From: Candidatus Moraniibacteriota bacterium | Lineage (GTDB): Bacteria > Patescibacteriota > Minisyncoccia > Moranbacterales > UBA1568 | Direction: 5' to 3' | DNA length: 64,000 nucleotides | Assembly (NCBI GenBank): GCA_016699875.1 | Contig: CP064989.1 | Coordinates: forward strand, 85,380-149,379 | Shown here: in pieces, positions 49,939-58,014 of the stretch | How the letters are laid out: every line of letters begins with the position of its first letter | Numbering within the stretch: position 1 is the first letter of the stretch | The notes under the pieces: generated by a model | Database searches by the model: none | Told to the model about the DNA's origin: nothing | The model's input: the letters and a program-made list of their open reading frames with translations, nothing else | Program-made: the position numbers and the translations under genes

Positions 49939-50568
49939 TTATTTTGAGTAATATTCAACAACTGCCTGAGGATCCACATGAATACCGATATCCGTACGAG
50001 TCGGCATGCCTATTACCTTCCCGGATAGTGTAGCAGCATCAAGCTCAAGCCACTGCGGAACATCTTTCTTGTTGAGTATCTCCTCTTTCTTTTTCTTGAA
50101 ATATTCTTTTTCAATCTTAGTAGAAGCAATTGAAACCGTATCTCCCACACGAATTTCCGCAGACGGGATTGAAAGAAGCTTTCCATTTACTCGAAATGCC
50201 CGGTGTGAGACTAACTGGCGAGCCAAAGCCCTCGAAGAGGCAAATCCCAGACGATATACAACACTATCCAAGCGCATCTCCAAGCGAGCGAGAAGAAGAT
50301 CTCCGGCAACACCCTTCCGCCGACTCACGTCCTCATAGTGTTTGCGGAATTGTTTCTCCAAGACACCATAAATGCGCTTGATACGCTGTTTCATGGCAAG
50401 CTGCTTCCCATACTCACTCTGCCCCCGCGAAACCGTTTTCCCATGAACTCCCGGCGCATACGCCTTTCTTACCATAGCGCACTTCGGAGAAAAACAACGA
50501 TCTCCCTTGAGAAAGAGTTTCTCACCAGCCCGACGGCACAATCTACATTTATCTAAATTTCTCGCCAT
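49939..50568 (-). CDS. rpsD: 30S ribosomal protein S4
   Basis: MARNLDKCRLCRRAGEKLFLKGDRCFSPKC zinc-ribbon N-terminus. Confidence 0.9.
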   Translation of the reverse strand: MARNLDKCRLCRRAGEKLFLKGDRCFSPKCAMVRKAYAPGVHGKTVSRGQSEYGKQLAMKQRIKRIYGVLEKQFRKHYEDVSRRKGVAGDLLLARLEMRLDSVVYRLGFASSRALARQLVSHRAFRVNGKLLSIPSAEIRVGDTVSIASTKIEKEYFKKKKEEILNKKDVPQWLELDAATLSGKVIGMPTRTDIGIHVDPQAVVEYYSK

Positions 50569-50606
50569 AATCCATGCTACAAACAAAATAGAGACTCATG
50601 TCCAAC

Positions 50607-51116
50607 CTATACTCGACGTGGCTTCCGCGGACGACATCCTCCGTGAGGAAGCGGCGTAATGTCGCGAATTGAGAGCAAAGTCAGTCCGTTATTTGCCAAT
50701 GCTCGGACAGCTGCTTCCCGGCCACTCCCGACACCGCGCACAAACACCTCAACCTCTTGAAGCCCAAACTTCCGAGTTTTTTCCACAACTTCACTCACTA
50801 CCTGCGTCGCAGCATAGGGAGTCGATTTCTTAGCACCCTTAAACCCCATATGCCCGGAACTTGACCAGGCCAGCGTCGCTCCATTCATGTCAGCAAGAGT
50901 AACAATGGTATTGTTATAGCTACAACGGATACTGGCACGTCCGCGGGCGATCTGATTCTTCCATTTCTTCTTTTTCTTTGTCGGCGCAGCATCGACATCG
51001 GAAGATGCCTCCTTTGAAACAGTTGCCATCTCAACCTCTTCAGTTGATTGTTCCGATTTGTCCTTTTCTTCGACCATAAAATATGTCAGTTGGAGAGGTA
51101 ATCTTTCTTTTTTCAC
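50607..51116 (-). CDS. rpsK: 30S ribosomal protein S11 (N-terminally extended; start uncertain)
   Basis: IARGRASIRCSYNNTIVTLADMNGATLAWSSSG core. An acidic/Lys-rich ~45-aa N-terminal extension. Alternative internal starts at M14/M30. Confidence 0.8.
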   Translation of the reverse strand: MKKERLPLQLTYFMVEEKDKSEQSTEEVEMATVSKEASSDVDAAPTKKKKKWKNQIARGRASIRCSYNNTIVTLADMNGATLAWSSSGHMGFKGAKKSTPYAATQVVSEVVEKTRKFGLQEVEVFVRGVGSGREAAVRALANNGLTLLSIRDITPLPHGGCRPRKPRRV

Positions 51117-51146
51117 GTATCAAAAGGGGTGTATCATTCTTCAGAA

Positions 51147-51536
51147 CTATGTCTTCTCAGCAGCCTTGCGACGACCGCTTCCCATTGTCTTTCGAACATT
51201 GCCACGAATAGTCCGCGTATTTGTCTTTGTGCGCTGTCCGCGAACCGGAAGACCCTTTTGATGGCGAACTCCTCGATAACAGGCAATCTCTTTGAGTCGC
51301 TTTACATTCATTTTGACAGAATGTCGAAGCTCGCCTTCAACACGATATTTCTTCTCAATGAAGTCGCGCAAACGATTAGCGTCCTCAATAAGGAGATCCT
51401 TGGAACGAGTATCGGGATTGATCGACAATTCCTCCAAGATTTTCCGACTTGTCACCAGTCCTATACCGTACACAGACGTCAACGCCACTTCAATGCGCTT
51501 TTGATCGGGAATATTAATGCCGGCGATACGAACCAT
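51147..51536 (-). CDS. rpsM: 30S ribosomal protein S13
   Basis: MVRIAGINIPDQKRIEVALTSVYGIG. Confidence 0.9.
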   Translation of the reverse strand: MVRIAGINIPDQKRIEVALTSVYGIGLVTSRKILEELSINPDTRSKDLLIEDANRLRDFIEKKYRVEGELRHSVKMNVKRLKEIACYRGVRHQKGLPVRGQRTKTNTRTIRGNVRKTMGSGRRKAAEKT

Positions 51537-51572
51537 AAAATTCTCTCTTAATCAGGATAAAACAAAGAGGGA

Positions 51573-51686
51573 TTACCCTTGCCGCTGCTTATGTTTCTTG
51601 ACCGTGCAGATTACATAGAGATATCCTCTTCGCTTCACCACCTTGCAGTGCGCACACATTTTTTTGACAGAAGCTCTCACTTTCAT
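51573..51686 (-). CDS. rpmJ: 50S ribosomal protein L36 (not in ORF track)
   Basis: Hand-translated minus strand: [37 protein letters not shown]. Canonical L36 with its C-x2-C...C-x4-H zinc ribbon. Sits between rpsM and infA as expected. Confidence 0.75.
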   Translation of the reverse strand: MKVRASVKKMCAHCKVVKRRGYLYVICTVKKHKQRQG

Positions 51687-51737
51687 AGCTATGAGGTAAA
51701 GAGGAAACCACTGAAACTAAACCCAGATACATTTTCC

Positions 51738-51965
51738 CTACTTGAGGCGATGTACGATGCGACCACGGTTCAAATCATAAGGACTCATCTCAAGCGTCAC
51801 GCGATCCCCGGGAAGTAAACGGATATAATTAACTCGCATCCTTCCGGAAATATGTGCAAGCACCTCATGTCCATTTTCAAGTCGCACTCGAAATGATGTG
51901 CTCGGAAGCGACTCAATCACTTCCCCCTCGACACGGATGATTTCTTTGTCTTTGTTCGAACCCAT
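51738..51965 (-). CDS. infA: Translation initiation factor IF-1
   Basis: [36 protein letters not shown]1-like fold signature. Confidence 0.9.
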   Translation of the reverse strand: MGSNKDKEIIRVEGEVIESLPSTSFRVRLENGHEVLAHISGRMRVNYIRLLPGDRVTLEMSPYDLNRGRIVHRLK

Positions 51966-52347
51966 ATACGCCCAAAGGGCAATGCTACTAAAATACTTCC
52001 ATCACTTTCGGAAACTGACAAAATGCAAGGCATTACTCTCTCCAACGCCCGTCTGGGAACTATACAGGAAACCACTCGAAAATGCAAATACGCGCAAAGA
52101 AACGGCGGATATTATTGCCGCCGACGAATATACACAAGCCAAGGACCGGTCTCTCGAGAAAGTCATTCCTCATGCTAGCGTTTCTTTCGCGCGTCGATCC
52201 GAACGTCTCCGTTCCGATTGCAAAAACTGGTTTTTTGAGAGCACTGAGCATTCTAACCAATGATTTCTCTTTTGTCAACAAGCCACAAAGCGATCATACT
52301 TGGAGTTTCTCAGTAAAGAGAAGTAACACGGAAAACAAGCCAAAATA

Positions 52348-52851
52348 TCACAGTTTCCGACTATCATACGCCCACTGGAGAAGCGCTTGGCGCTGACGCG
52401 GACGGCATGTCAGATCGCCGCAATGACAGTGCTTTGCAATCTGCACAGCATGCCGCCGCATGGCGCGCCACCGATTGATTTGCCGCAAATCGTCTTCGTG
52501 CCGCCGACCACGATAGTAACGGCAGTACCACTGAAACCACCCGCGCGGATCATCCGGATGAATCCATCCGTTCTCCCGCCAGACCGAAAGCGATTGACTC
52601 GCATCCACACCGAAGAAGTTCAGTTTCGGATCTCGACAGCCCGTTGCAAACTTCGCCCGTACGAACCACTCTTTCGGAAACTCTTTCGCACAGTCCCGCA
52701 TATACACACCGCCAAAAACACCCATCTTGAGCATATCTTTCGGAGAAAGATCCGGCTTGAAGGACAGATCAAAATGCTTCCCCTCCGGTTTCGTCAATTC
52801 GTATCGATAGCCGCTTTGCATCCGATCGCGAACTGTCACAAAAGTGCGCAT
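52348..52851 (-). CDS. Hypothetical Trp/Arg/Cys-rich protein
   Basis: 167 aa. C-terminal HCHCGDLTCRPR cluster. No family recognised. Confidence 0.4.
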   Translation of the reverse strand: MRTFVTVRDRMQSGYRYELTKPEGKHFDLSFKPDLSPKDMLKMGVFGGVYMRDCAKEFPKEWFVRAKFATGCRDPKLNFFGVDASQSLSVWRENGWIHPDDPRGWFQWYCRYYRGRRHEDDLRQINRWRAMRRHAVQIAKHCHCGDLTCRPRQRQALLQWAYDSRKL

Positions 52852-52860
52852 ACCCTTAAG

Positions 52861-53448
52861 CTATTCGCGCGCATCTTTGAGAGCCTTTCCCCACCAGAGA
52901 AGCTGGTCAAGAAATATTTTTGCTTTCCCTTCAAGCGAAGTAAGGAGCTCTTCCGCACTCGATTCGCCCATCGCCACCGGGAAGTACCGCTCGCCGGGAA
53001 TATGTATCGATTCGCGAATCGGCGCCATCTGAAGCTCGATACTATTCAAACGAAGCTGCTCGACCGCTCGCGCACCACCGACACTCCCGTAACTCACAAA
53101 ACCGACCGATTTGTTGTTCCACTCCCGATATACCCAATCAAGCGCATTCTTCAAGACGCCGGACGTACCGTGATTATATTCGGGCGTCACCATGATAAAA
53201 ACATCACTCGCTGCTATTTTCTCCGTGAAACGCGCAACCGCTTCGTGTGCGTATGGTTCGTTCTTGTATGACGGACTCACCGGATCATCGAAGAAAGGCA
53301 TCTCATAATCACGAAGATCGAGTACTTCAACAGACACTCCCGATCGCTTCGCCGCCTCGCTCGCAATCCAGCGCGCCGCTTTGTCGCTGAAGCGCCCTTC
53401 CCTCGTACTCCCCGCAATAACCGACACATGCAATTTGGACTGACTCAT
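52861..53448 (-). CDS. NADPH-dependent FMN reductase family flavoprotein
   Basis: LHVSVIAGSTREGRFSDKAARWIA...TPEYNHGTSGVLKNALDW. Confidence 0.75.
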   Translation of the reverse strand: MSQSKLHVSVIAGSTREGRFSDKAARWIASEAAKRSGVSVEVLDLRDYEMPFFDDPVSPSYKNEPYAHEAVARFTEKIAASDVFIMVTPEYNHGTSGVLKNALDWVYREWNNKSVGFVSYGSVGGARAVEQLRLNSIELQMAPIRESIHIPGERYFPVAMGESSAEELLTSLEGKAKIFLDQLLWWGKALKDARE

Positions 53449-53587
53449 AAGAAGTATATAAATTACGTACCAGCTCCATCTTACCGCACCAGCATATGCC
53501 GTTCAAGACACCACACAATGCGATCATTGTTTTCTTAATTATCGCATCTTGGTACAATAAACCAGAGTATACATTTTTGGTAAACAT

Positions 53588-53980
53588 ATGAAAAACCAGC
53601 ACCCGGTCGTCCATTTCGAAATGCCCTACAAAGATGCCGCTCGCGTCACCGAATTTTATGAAACTGCCTTTGGATGGAATATGAATCGGTTTGGTGAGGA
53701 TATGGGAAATTACATCATGGCACGTACCACTGAAACAGATGAAAACAACATGATCAAAACTCCCGGCGCCATCAATGGCGGATTTTACCCGAAGCGTCCC
53801 GATGCACCGCAGCCCGGCATCGTCATATCAGTCGACGATATCCAAAGCGCTATGCAAAAAGTGCGCGAGGCGAGCGGAAAGGTATTCGGCGAACCGATAG
53901 ATATCCCCAACGTCGGTCTCTACATCGCCTTTTCCGATACCGAAGGAAATTTTGCCAGCATGCTCCAGCCGAAAAAATAG
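53588..53980 (+). CDS. VOC (glyoxalase/bleomycin-resistance) family protein
   Basis: VVHFEMPYKDAARVTEFYETAFGW N-terminus and overall ~130-aa VOC architecture. Confidence 0.7.
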   Translation: MKNQHPVVHFEMPYKDAARVTEFYETAFGWNMNRFGEDMGNYIMARTTETDENNMIKTPGAINGGFYPKRPDAPQPGIVISVDDIQSAMQKVREASGKVFGEPIDIPNVGLYIAFSDTEGNFASMLQPKK

Positions 53981-54005
53981 TTTTCAATGTTAAGAAAGAA
54001 CGTTC

Positions 54006-54425
54006 TTGCTTATGGAAAAAATTACAGTCAGCATCACTGTTAATGCTCCAAGGAAGACTGTGTGGGAATACTGGAATGACCCAAAACACATTCCTCATTG
54101 GGCATTTGCCACGCCAGAATGGGGCGCGGAGAGTACTGAGAATGATCTGCAAATAGGGGGCCATTTCAAACACAAAATGTTCGCCAAAGATGGCAGCGCT
54201 TCTTTTGATTTCGAAGGAGTCTACACTCTCGTCGAGCCGCATCAGCGCATCGAATATACCATCACTGATGGACGCATCGTCTCTGTGCTTTTCGAAGAAG
54301 TCAATGGGAACACTCGTATCACCGAATCGTTCGATCCCGAACATGAAAACCCTCTGGAGATGCAACGCGCTGGTTGGCAAGCCTATCTTGAGAACTTCAA
54401 GAAATACATAGAGACTCAAAAATAG
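54006..54425 (+). CDS. SRPBCC (AHSA1/Bet v1-like) family protein
   Basis: ITVNAPRKTVWEYWNDPKHIPHW...FDFEGVYTLVEPHQRIEYT pattern typical of the Activator-of-Hsp90-ATPase-like SRPBCC family. Confidence 0.7.
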   Translation: MLMEKITVSITVNAPRKTVWEYWNDPKHIPHWAFATPEWGAESTENDLQIGGHFKHKMFAKDGSASFDFEGVYTLVEPHQRIEYTITDGRIVSVLFEEVNGNTRITESFDPEHENPLEMQRAGWQAYLENFKKYIETQK

Positions 54426-54570
54426 CATGTCCAAACAAACACTTCCCGGCAGATCAATACACGGACTTCCAAAAGATTTCCGAACCACACTATCAAGTCC
54501 GACACGAAAGCAGTGGCGCTCCAGCTCGACATCACACCACTCGCTCGAAACGAAAGAAAAATACCCATCC

Positions 54571-54611
54571 AAACAAAAAACTCCCCCGCCAGACATCCTG
54601 TCTGCGGGGGG
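54571..54611 (-). terminator. Strong GC hairpin followed on the minus strand by a T-tract: terminator for the 805-aa M23 gene
   Basis: CCCCCGCCAGACA-tcc-TGTCTGCGGGGGG. The minus-strand read is followed by AGTTTTTTGTTTGG. Confidence 0.5.
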
Positions 54612-54655
54612 TAAATACTACAAGCACATATCCGTCGCTGTCACCAACTCACTCA

Positions 54656-57073
54656 TCACTCGGCGAGAGCAGCCGCCTGCTGCTGATAGCCGGACGCCGT
54701 ACAACCGACATCCCGACATCCGCACTTCCAAACATTGTCTACCAAATGGCAGATATAGGCGAGAATGAGCATAGGCTTCGCCGTTGAGCCCGTATCCACC
54801 TGGGGACCTGCGATAGTGAGTCGGGCTCCTCCCTGACAATAGTCCTCCCATAATTCACCAGAAGAACATTCAACGGTAAAGGTCGAATCCACACCCATTT
54901 TGCTATTCCGCACATACGCCGTCTTGTACACAAGAACATTCTCATCGCCATCTTTCCCGAGTTCCACATCGAGCCTCTCCGGTTGGTTCGGATAACAGAT
55001 GGGAGAAATAGTCAGGCGATTCCCTTCATACCAATCAAACGGCGGCGAGTAGTGCTGAACACTCCATACATCCCAGGTGTCCGCCGTAATGAGCGGGCAT
55101 GAAACCGGAGCACTCGGATCCGAAACCGTATCGATTTCGTCACCATCCGCTGTTTCCGGAATGGTAAACAAAAGCGAAGCGGTCATACCACCCCTATCGG
55201 ACTGCGTCGTGCGAAAGTCGTAGTCAACTTCCGCCGAGAGCACGTAGTCGCCCGGGACCGTCGGCATGACAAACGAAACTTCTTCCTGCGCTTCGTCGCC
55301 TTCGTCTCTCAAGTGTTCCCGCTTGGTTTGGTCAATACCGATCACAATCGGGTCGGGACCGTACTGCGGACCCTGAACCCGCCACTGCGTATTCACCTTG
55401 CTCGATGCAAATGGCGTTCCATCGTTCCGAATCTTTACATAGACTGTCACCCCTTCTCCGGGTTTCACAGTGGGATTGGAAAACCATATCTGTGGTATGG
55501 AGAGATGCGGATTCTCCGTCAACTCGAAAGGCTGTTCATCCTTCCCGTTGTTTTTCTCATTCGACTCAGACTCCTTGTTGTCAGGATCAATATATGCCCC
55601 GAAGTTGAAGTGTCCCGGATAGAGGGACGGGTAATTGTCGCCATGGATATTGACACAGTGCTTTGTCGTTGCCTTGGCAGTCCTTGCTTTGGCAAGATAC
55701 TTCGCCGGTATCATTTCGGACCCGACCGGGTTCGGATGCTTATCCCCCCATCCGCCTTTCGAGACATAGAAAGTGATCTTTATGTCTTTCAACACATTCT
55801 TGTTTCCGGCATTCTTGCTTTCGGCAACAAAGCACACCGTATCCCCCCAACCGATAGTATCCCAGACATGGCCGCTACTACGCTCTGTCCAAAGTTTGGT
55901 CACAACCAGATCGGATCGCTTTCCGTCCGCATTAGCTCCAACTGCCGGTGAGAAAACTTCGCCGGTAGGATCCGTTTCGGCATAGGCGCCCCAGTCGATA
56001 GCTTTGTCGCCATGCATACCAGGACCATCCGTTAAGACAACCACCTGCCGATTGGTTCCCTGGATTTCATAGACTTCACCGATCCGGTAGACAGTGAGCT
56101 GTTGTTGAATCGACGAATCGGCAGCCAAAGCGGTCGGCGTTTGCGCGAGTCCGAACAGTGAATGCCACAGACTCGTCAAAGGACTGATCCACGATGACCA
56201 CCACGGCGCCTTTTTCACATCGACGATATCGTCCACCTTGACGACACCGCCATTGTTCTCCGCACTTTGCAGTGTAGACTCGATAGCCTGCTCGACTCCC
56301 GAGCAAGCCTCGCTCTGACTCACCTCCTGTGTAATCCAGTTGTCACTCTTTAATCCGTCAATGATTTTGAAACGAGCATTTGCCGTATCGCATCGGTTGG
56401 ACCCCTGGAGAACATAGTCTCCCACATGATGAAAACCCTGTGTACCTTTTGGAATGAGGGTGGCGGGACGGTTATCTTTGAGGAACTTGAAAGGCTCTAC
56501 CCAACCGCAGTGATCGGATTGGTAGCAACTGTTGCCTCGGTATTCCTTTTCTGGATCTTTTACATCTGGACGAATCCCAATATGTAAATGATCCGCACGA
56601 GATCCATCCTTTTGGTAGTATGAATGAACAGTGGCAATTTCCTCGCCCTTCTTCACAATCGTCTTACTCCCGCACCTCCTAGCATCCAGATAGGCTGCAT
56701 CAGGAGTATCGTGTCCATAGACGGTAAAGAATACCTGCCCCGTATCTGTATAGTGACGGAGAAGTATAACGCCGCCTTTAATTCCAACACCACCATAGTT
56801 CTTGGCATCTAAACTATAGTCTTCCACACAACCATCAGCTATTGCAGTGATTGGCGTATAGACTTCGCGACACATATCATCGCCAACATGTCCGTCATAC
56901 CCAACGGGATCGCCCGAGTATTGAGAGAACTGAGCGCAGTACTCACGGGAACGGAAATCTACGGGAGATGACCATCCGTTCTGGCGATAATCAGGAACGT
57001 CAGCGCCAAGAGCGAATGTGAGCCCCGGCATAATGACAAGAAACACAACTGCAAGAAACCTTCTCGGAAACAT
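54656..57073 (-). CDS. Secreted M23-family metallopeptidase with very large C-terminal beta-rich extension (CARDB-like segment)
   Basis: Signal peptide MFPRRFLAVVFLVIMPGLTFALG. HVGDD (HxGxD) and HLHIG (HxH) M23 motifs in the first 250 aa, then ~550 aa of additional domains. Confidence 0.6.
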   Translation of the reverse strand: MFPRRFLAVVFLVIMPGLTFALGADVPDYRQNGWSSPVDFRSREYCAQFSQYSGDPVGYDGHVGDDMCREVYTPITAIADGCVEDYSLDAKNYGGVGIKGGVILLRHYTDTGQVFFTVYGHDTPDAAYLDARRCGSKTIVKKGEEIATVHSYYQKDGSRADHLHIGIRPDVKDPEKEYRGNSCYQSDHCGWVEPFKFLKDNRPATLIPKGTQGFHHVGDYVLQGSNRCDTANARFKIIDGLKSDNWITQEVSQSEACSGVEQAIESTLQSAENNGGVVKVDDIVDVKKAPWWSSWISPLTSLWHSLFGLAQTPTALAADSSIQQQLTVYRIGEVYEIQGTNRQVVVLTDGPGMHGDKAIDWGAYAETDPTGEVFSPAVGANADGKRSDLVVTKLWTERSSGHVWDTIGWGDTVCFVAESKNAGNKNVLKDIKITFYVSKGGWGDKHPNPVGSEMIPAKYLAKARTAKATTKHCVNIHGDNYPSLYPGHFNFGAYIDPDNKESESNEKNNGKDEQPFELTENPHLSIPQIWFSNPTVKPGEGVTVYVKIRNDGTPFASSKVNTQWRVQGPQYGPDPIVIGIDQTKREHLRDEGDEAQEEVSFVMPTVPGDYVLSAEVDYDFRTTQSDRGGMTASLLFTIPETADGDEIDTVSDPSAPVSCPLITADTWDVWSVQHYSPPFDWYEGNRLTISPICYPNQPERLDVELGKDGDENVLVYKTAYVRNSKMGVDSTFTVECSSGELWEDYCQGGARLTIAGPQVDTGSTAKPMLILAYICHLVDNVWKCGCRDVGCTASGYQQQAAALAE

Positions 57074-57221
57074 AGACTATCTCCTTTGCAGAAAGGGTGA
57101 AAAGTAATTTCGATAACGCCATCCTGAGATTGTTAAAGAACATTCCTTTGATTCTCTACTTGTCCCCAAATTTTTGGAAACAAGATGGAAAAACAAAGGG
57201 TTTCGAATTCCTAATATGCCC

Positions 57222-57908
57222 CTAGAAGAATCGAAATGTACCTAAAATAGAGGAAAAATAATCTGATTTACCATCAAACAAATAACTTGATCCACAAGTA
57301 TTTATCTCAATAATATATTTATTATTTGTGAAAAAGGCACTATAGTCACTACAAATCGATGCCCAGCTGATAAAATTCTCACTTTGCCAAGCATTAGAAC
57401 CGGAGAACAATTTATTAACTCCAAACCTCTCCACATCGGCATCGTGAGTTTTCCCGATCCACCCTTCAAAGTTATTGCTAAATTCTTTCGAGAAATCAAA
57501 AACCGACACATTGATAACCCAAGAATCTACAGCGTCTCCTCCGCCGAGAGAAGGATCGGAAATCTTCAATCCTCTCCGGCTATTGAACATATATTCCGTT
57601 TTCTGAGGATCCAAGTATACAACATTTCCTTCAGCCCTCACTTGATTCTTCATATTTTCCGGAACAGAATACTCGTCCGACAGTTTGAATTCGAATCCGT
57701 ATTTTTCATTCCGATATGTCTTCCATGTTGAAGCATCGTCGGATTCTGAAACTGCTACATCCTCCACATTGTCTGTCGACTGAACAGGGTTCTTGTGTTC
57801 GCTTTGTGCATACTGTCGATCACGAAGAACACACCATCCTGCCACAGCGGCAGCAATCGAGACCAACGCTACGACACCAAGAATAATCCGCTTGTTTGAG
57901 GGCTTCAT
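57222..57908 (-). CDS. Hypothetical N-terminally anchored extracytoplasmic protein
   Basis: TM VALVSIAAAVAGWCVL then a ~200-aa domain. No family recognised. Confidence 0.4.
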   Translation of the reverse strand: MKPSNKRIILGVVALVSIAAAVAGWCVLRDRQYAQSEHKNPVQSTDNVEDVAVSESDDASTWKTYRNEKYGFEFKLSDEYSVPENMKNQVRAEGNVVYLDPQKTEYMFNSRRGLKISDPSLGGGDAVDSWVINVSVFDFSKEFSNNFEGWIGKTHDADVERFGVNKLFSGSNAWQSENFISWASICSDYSAFFTNNKYIIEINTCGSSYLFDGKSDYFSSILGTFRFF

Positions 57909-58014
57909 ATGCGTGGAAATAATTTAATGTATATCGGTATTTTTGTCAACAATATATCCGTAAGTGATAACCTATCCATTCTCCAACAAAGCAGGAGGAG
58001 CACACAGATTCCAT

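Noticed and set aside
49128-50033. 301-aa +strand ORF
   Set aside because: Antisense to rpoA/rpsD.
52387-53271. 294-aa +strand ORF
   Set aside because: Antisense to the 167-aa hypothetical and the FMN-reductase gene. No motifs.
57180-57215. GGGTTTCGAATTCC resembling a tRNA T-arm
   Set aside because: No complementary acceptor, D-arm or anticodon arm could be found in the preceding ~60 nt. Likely chance similarity.
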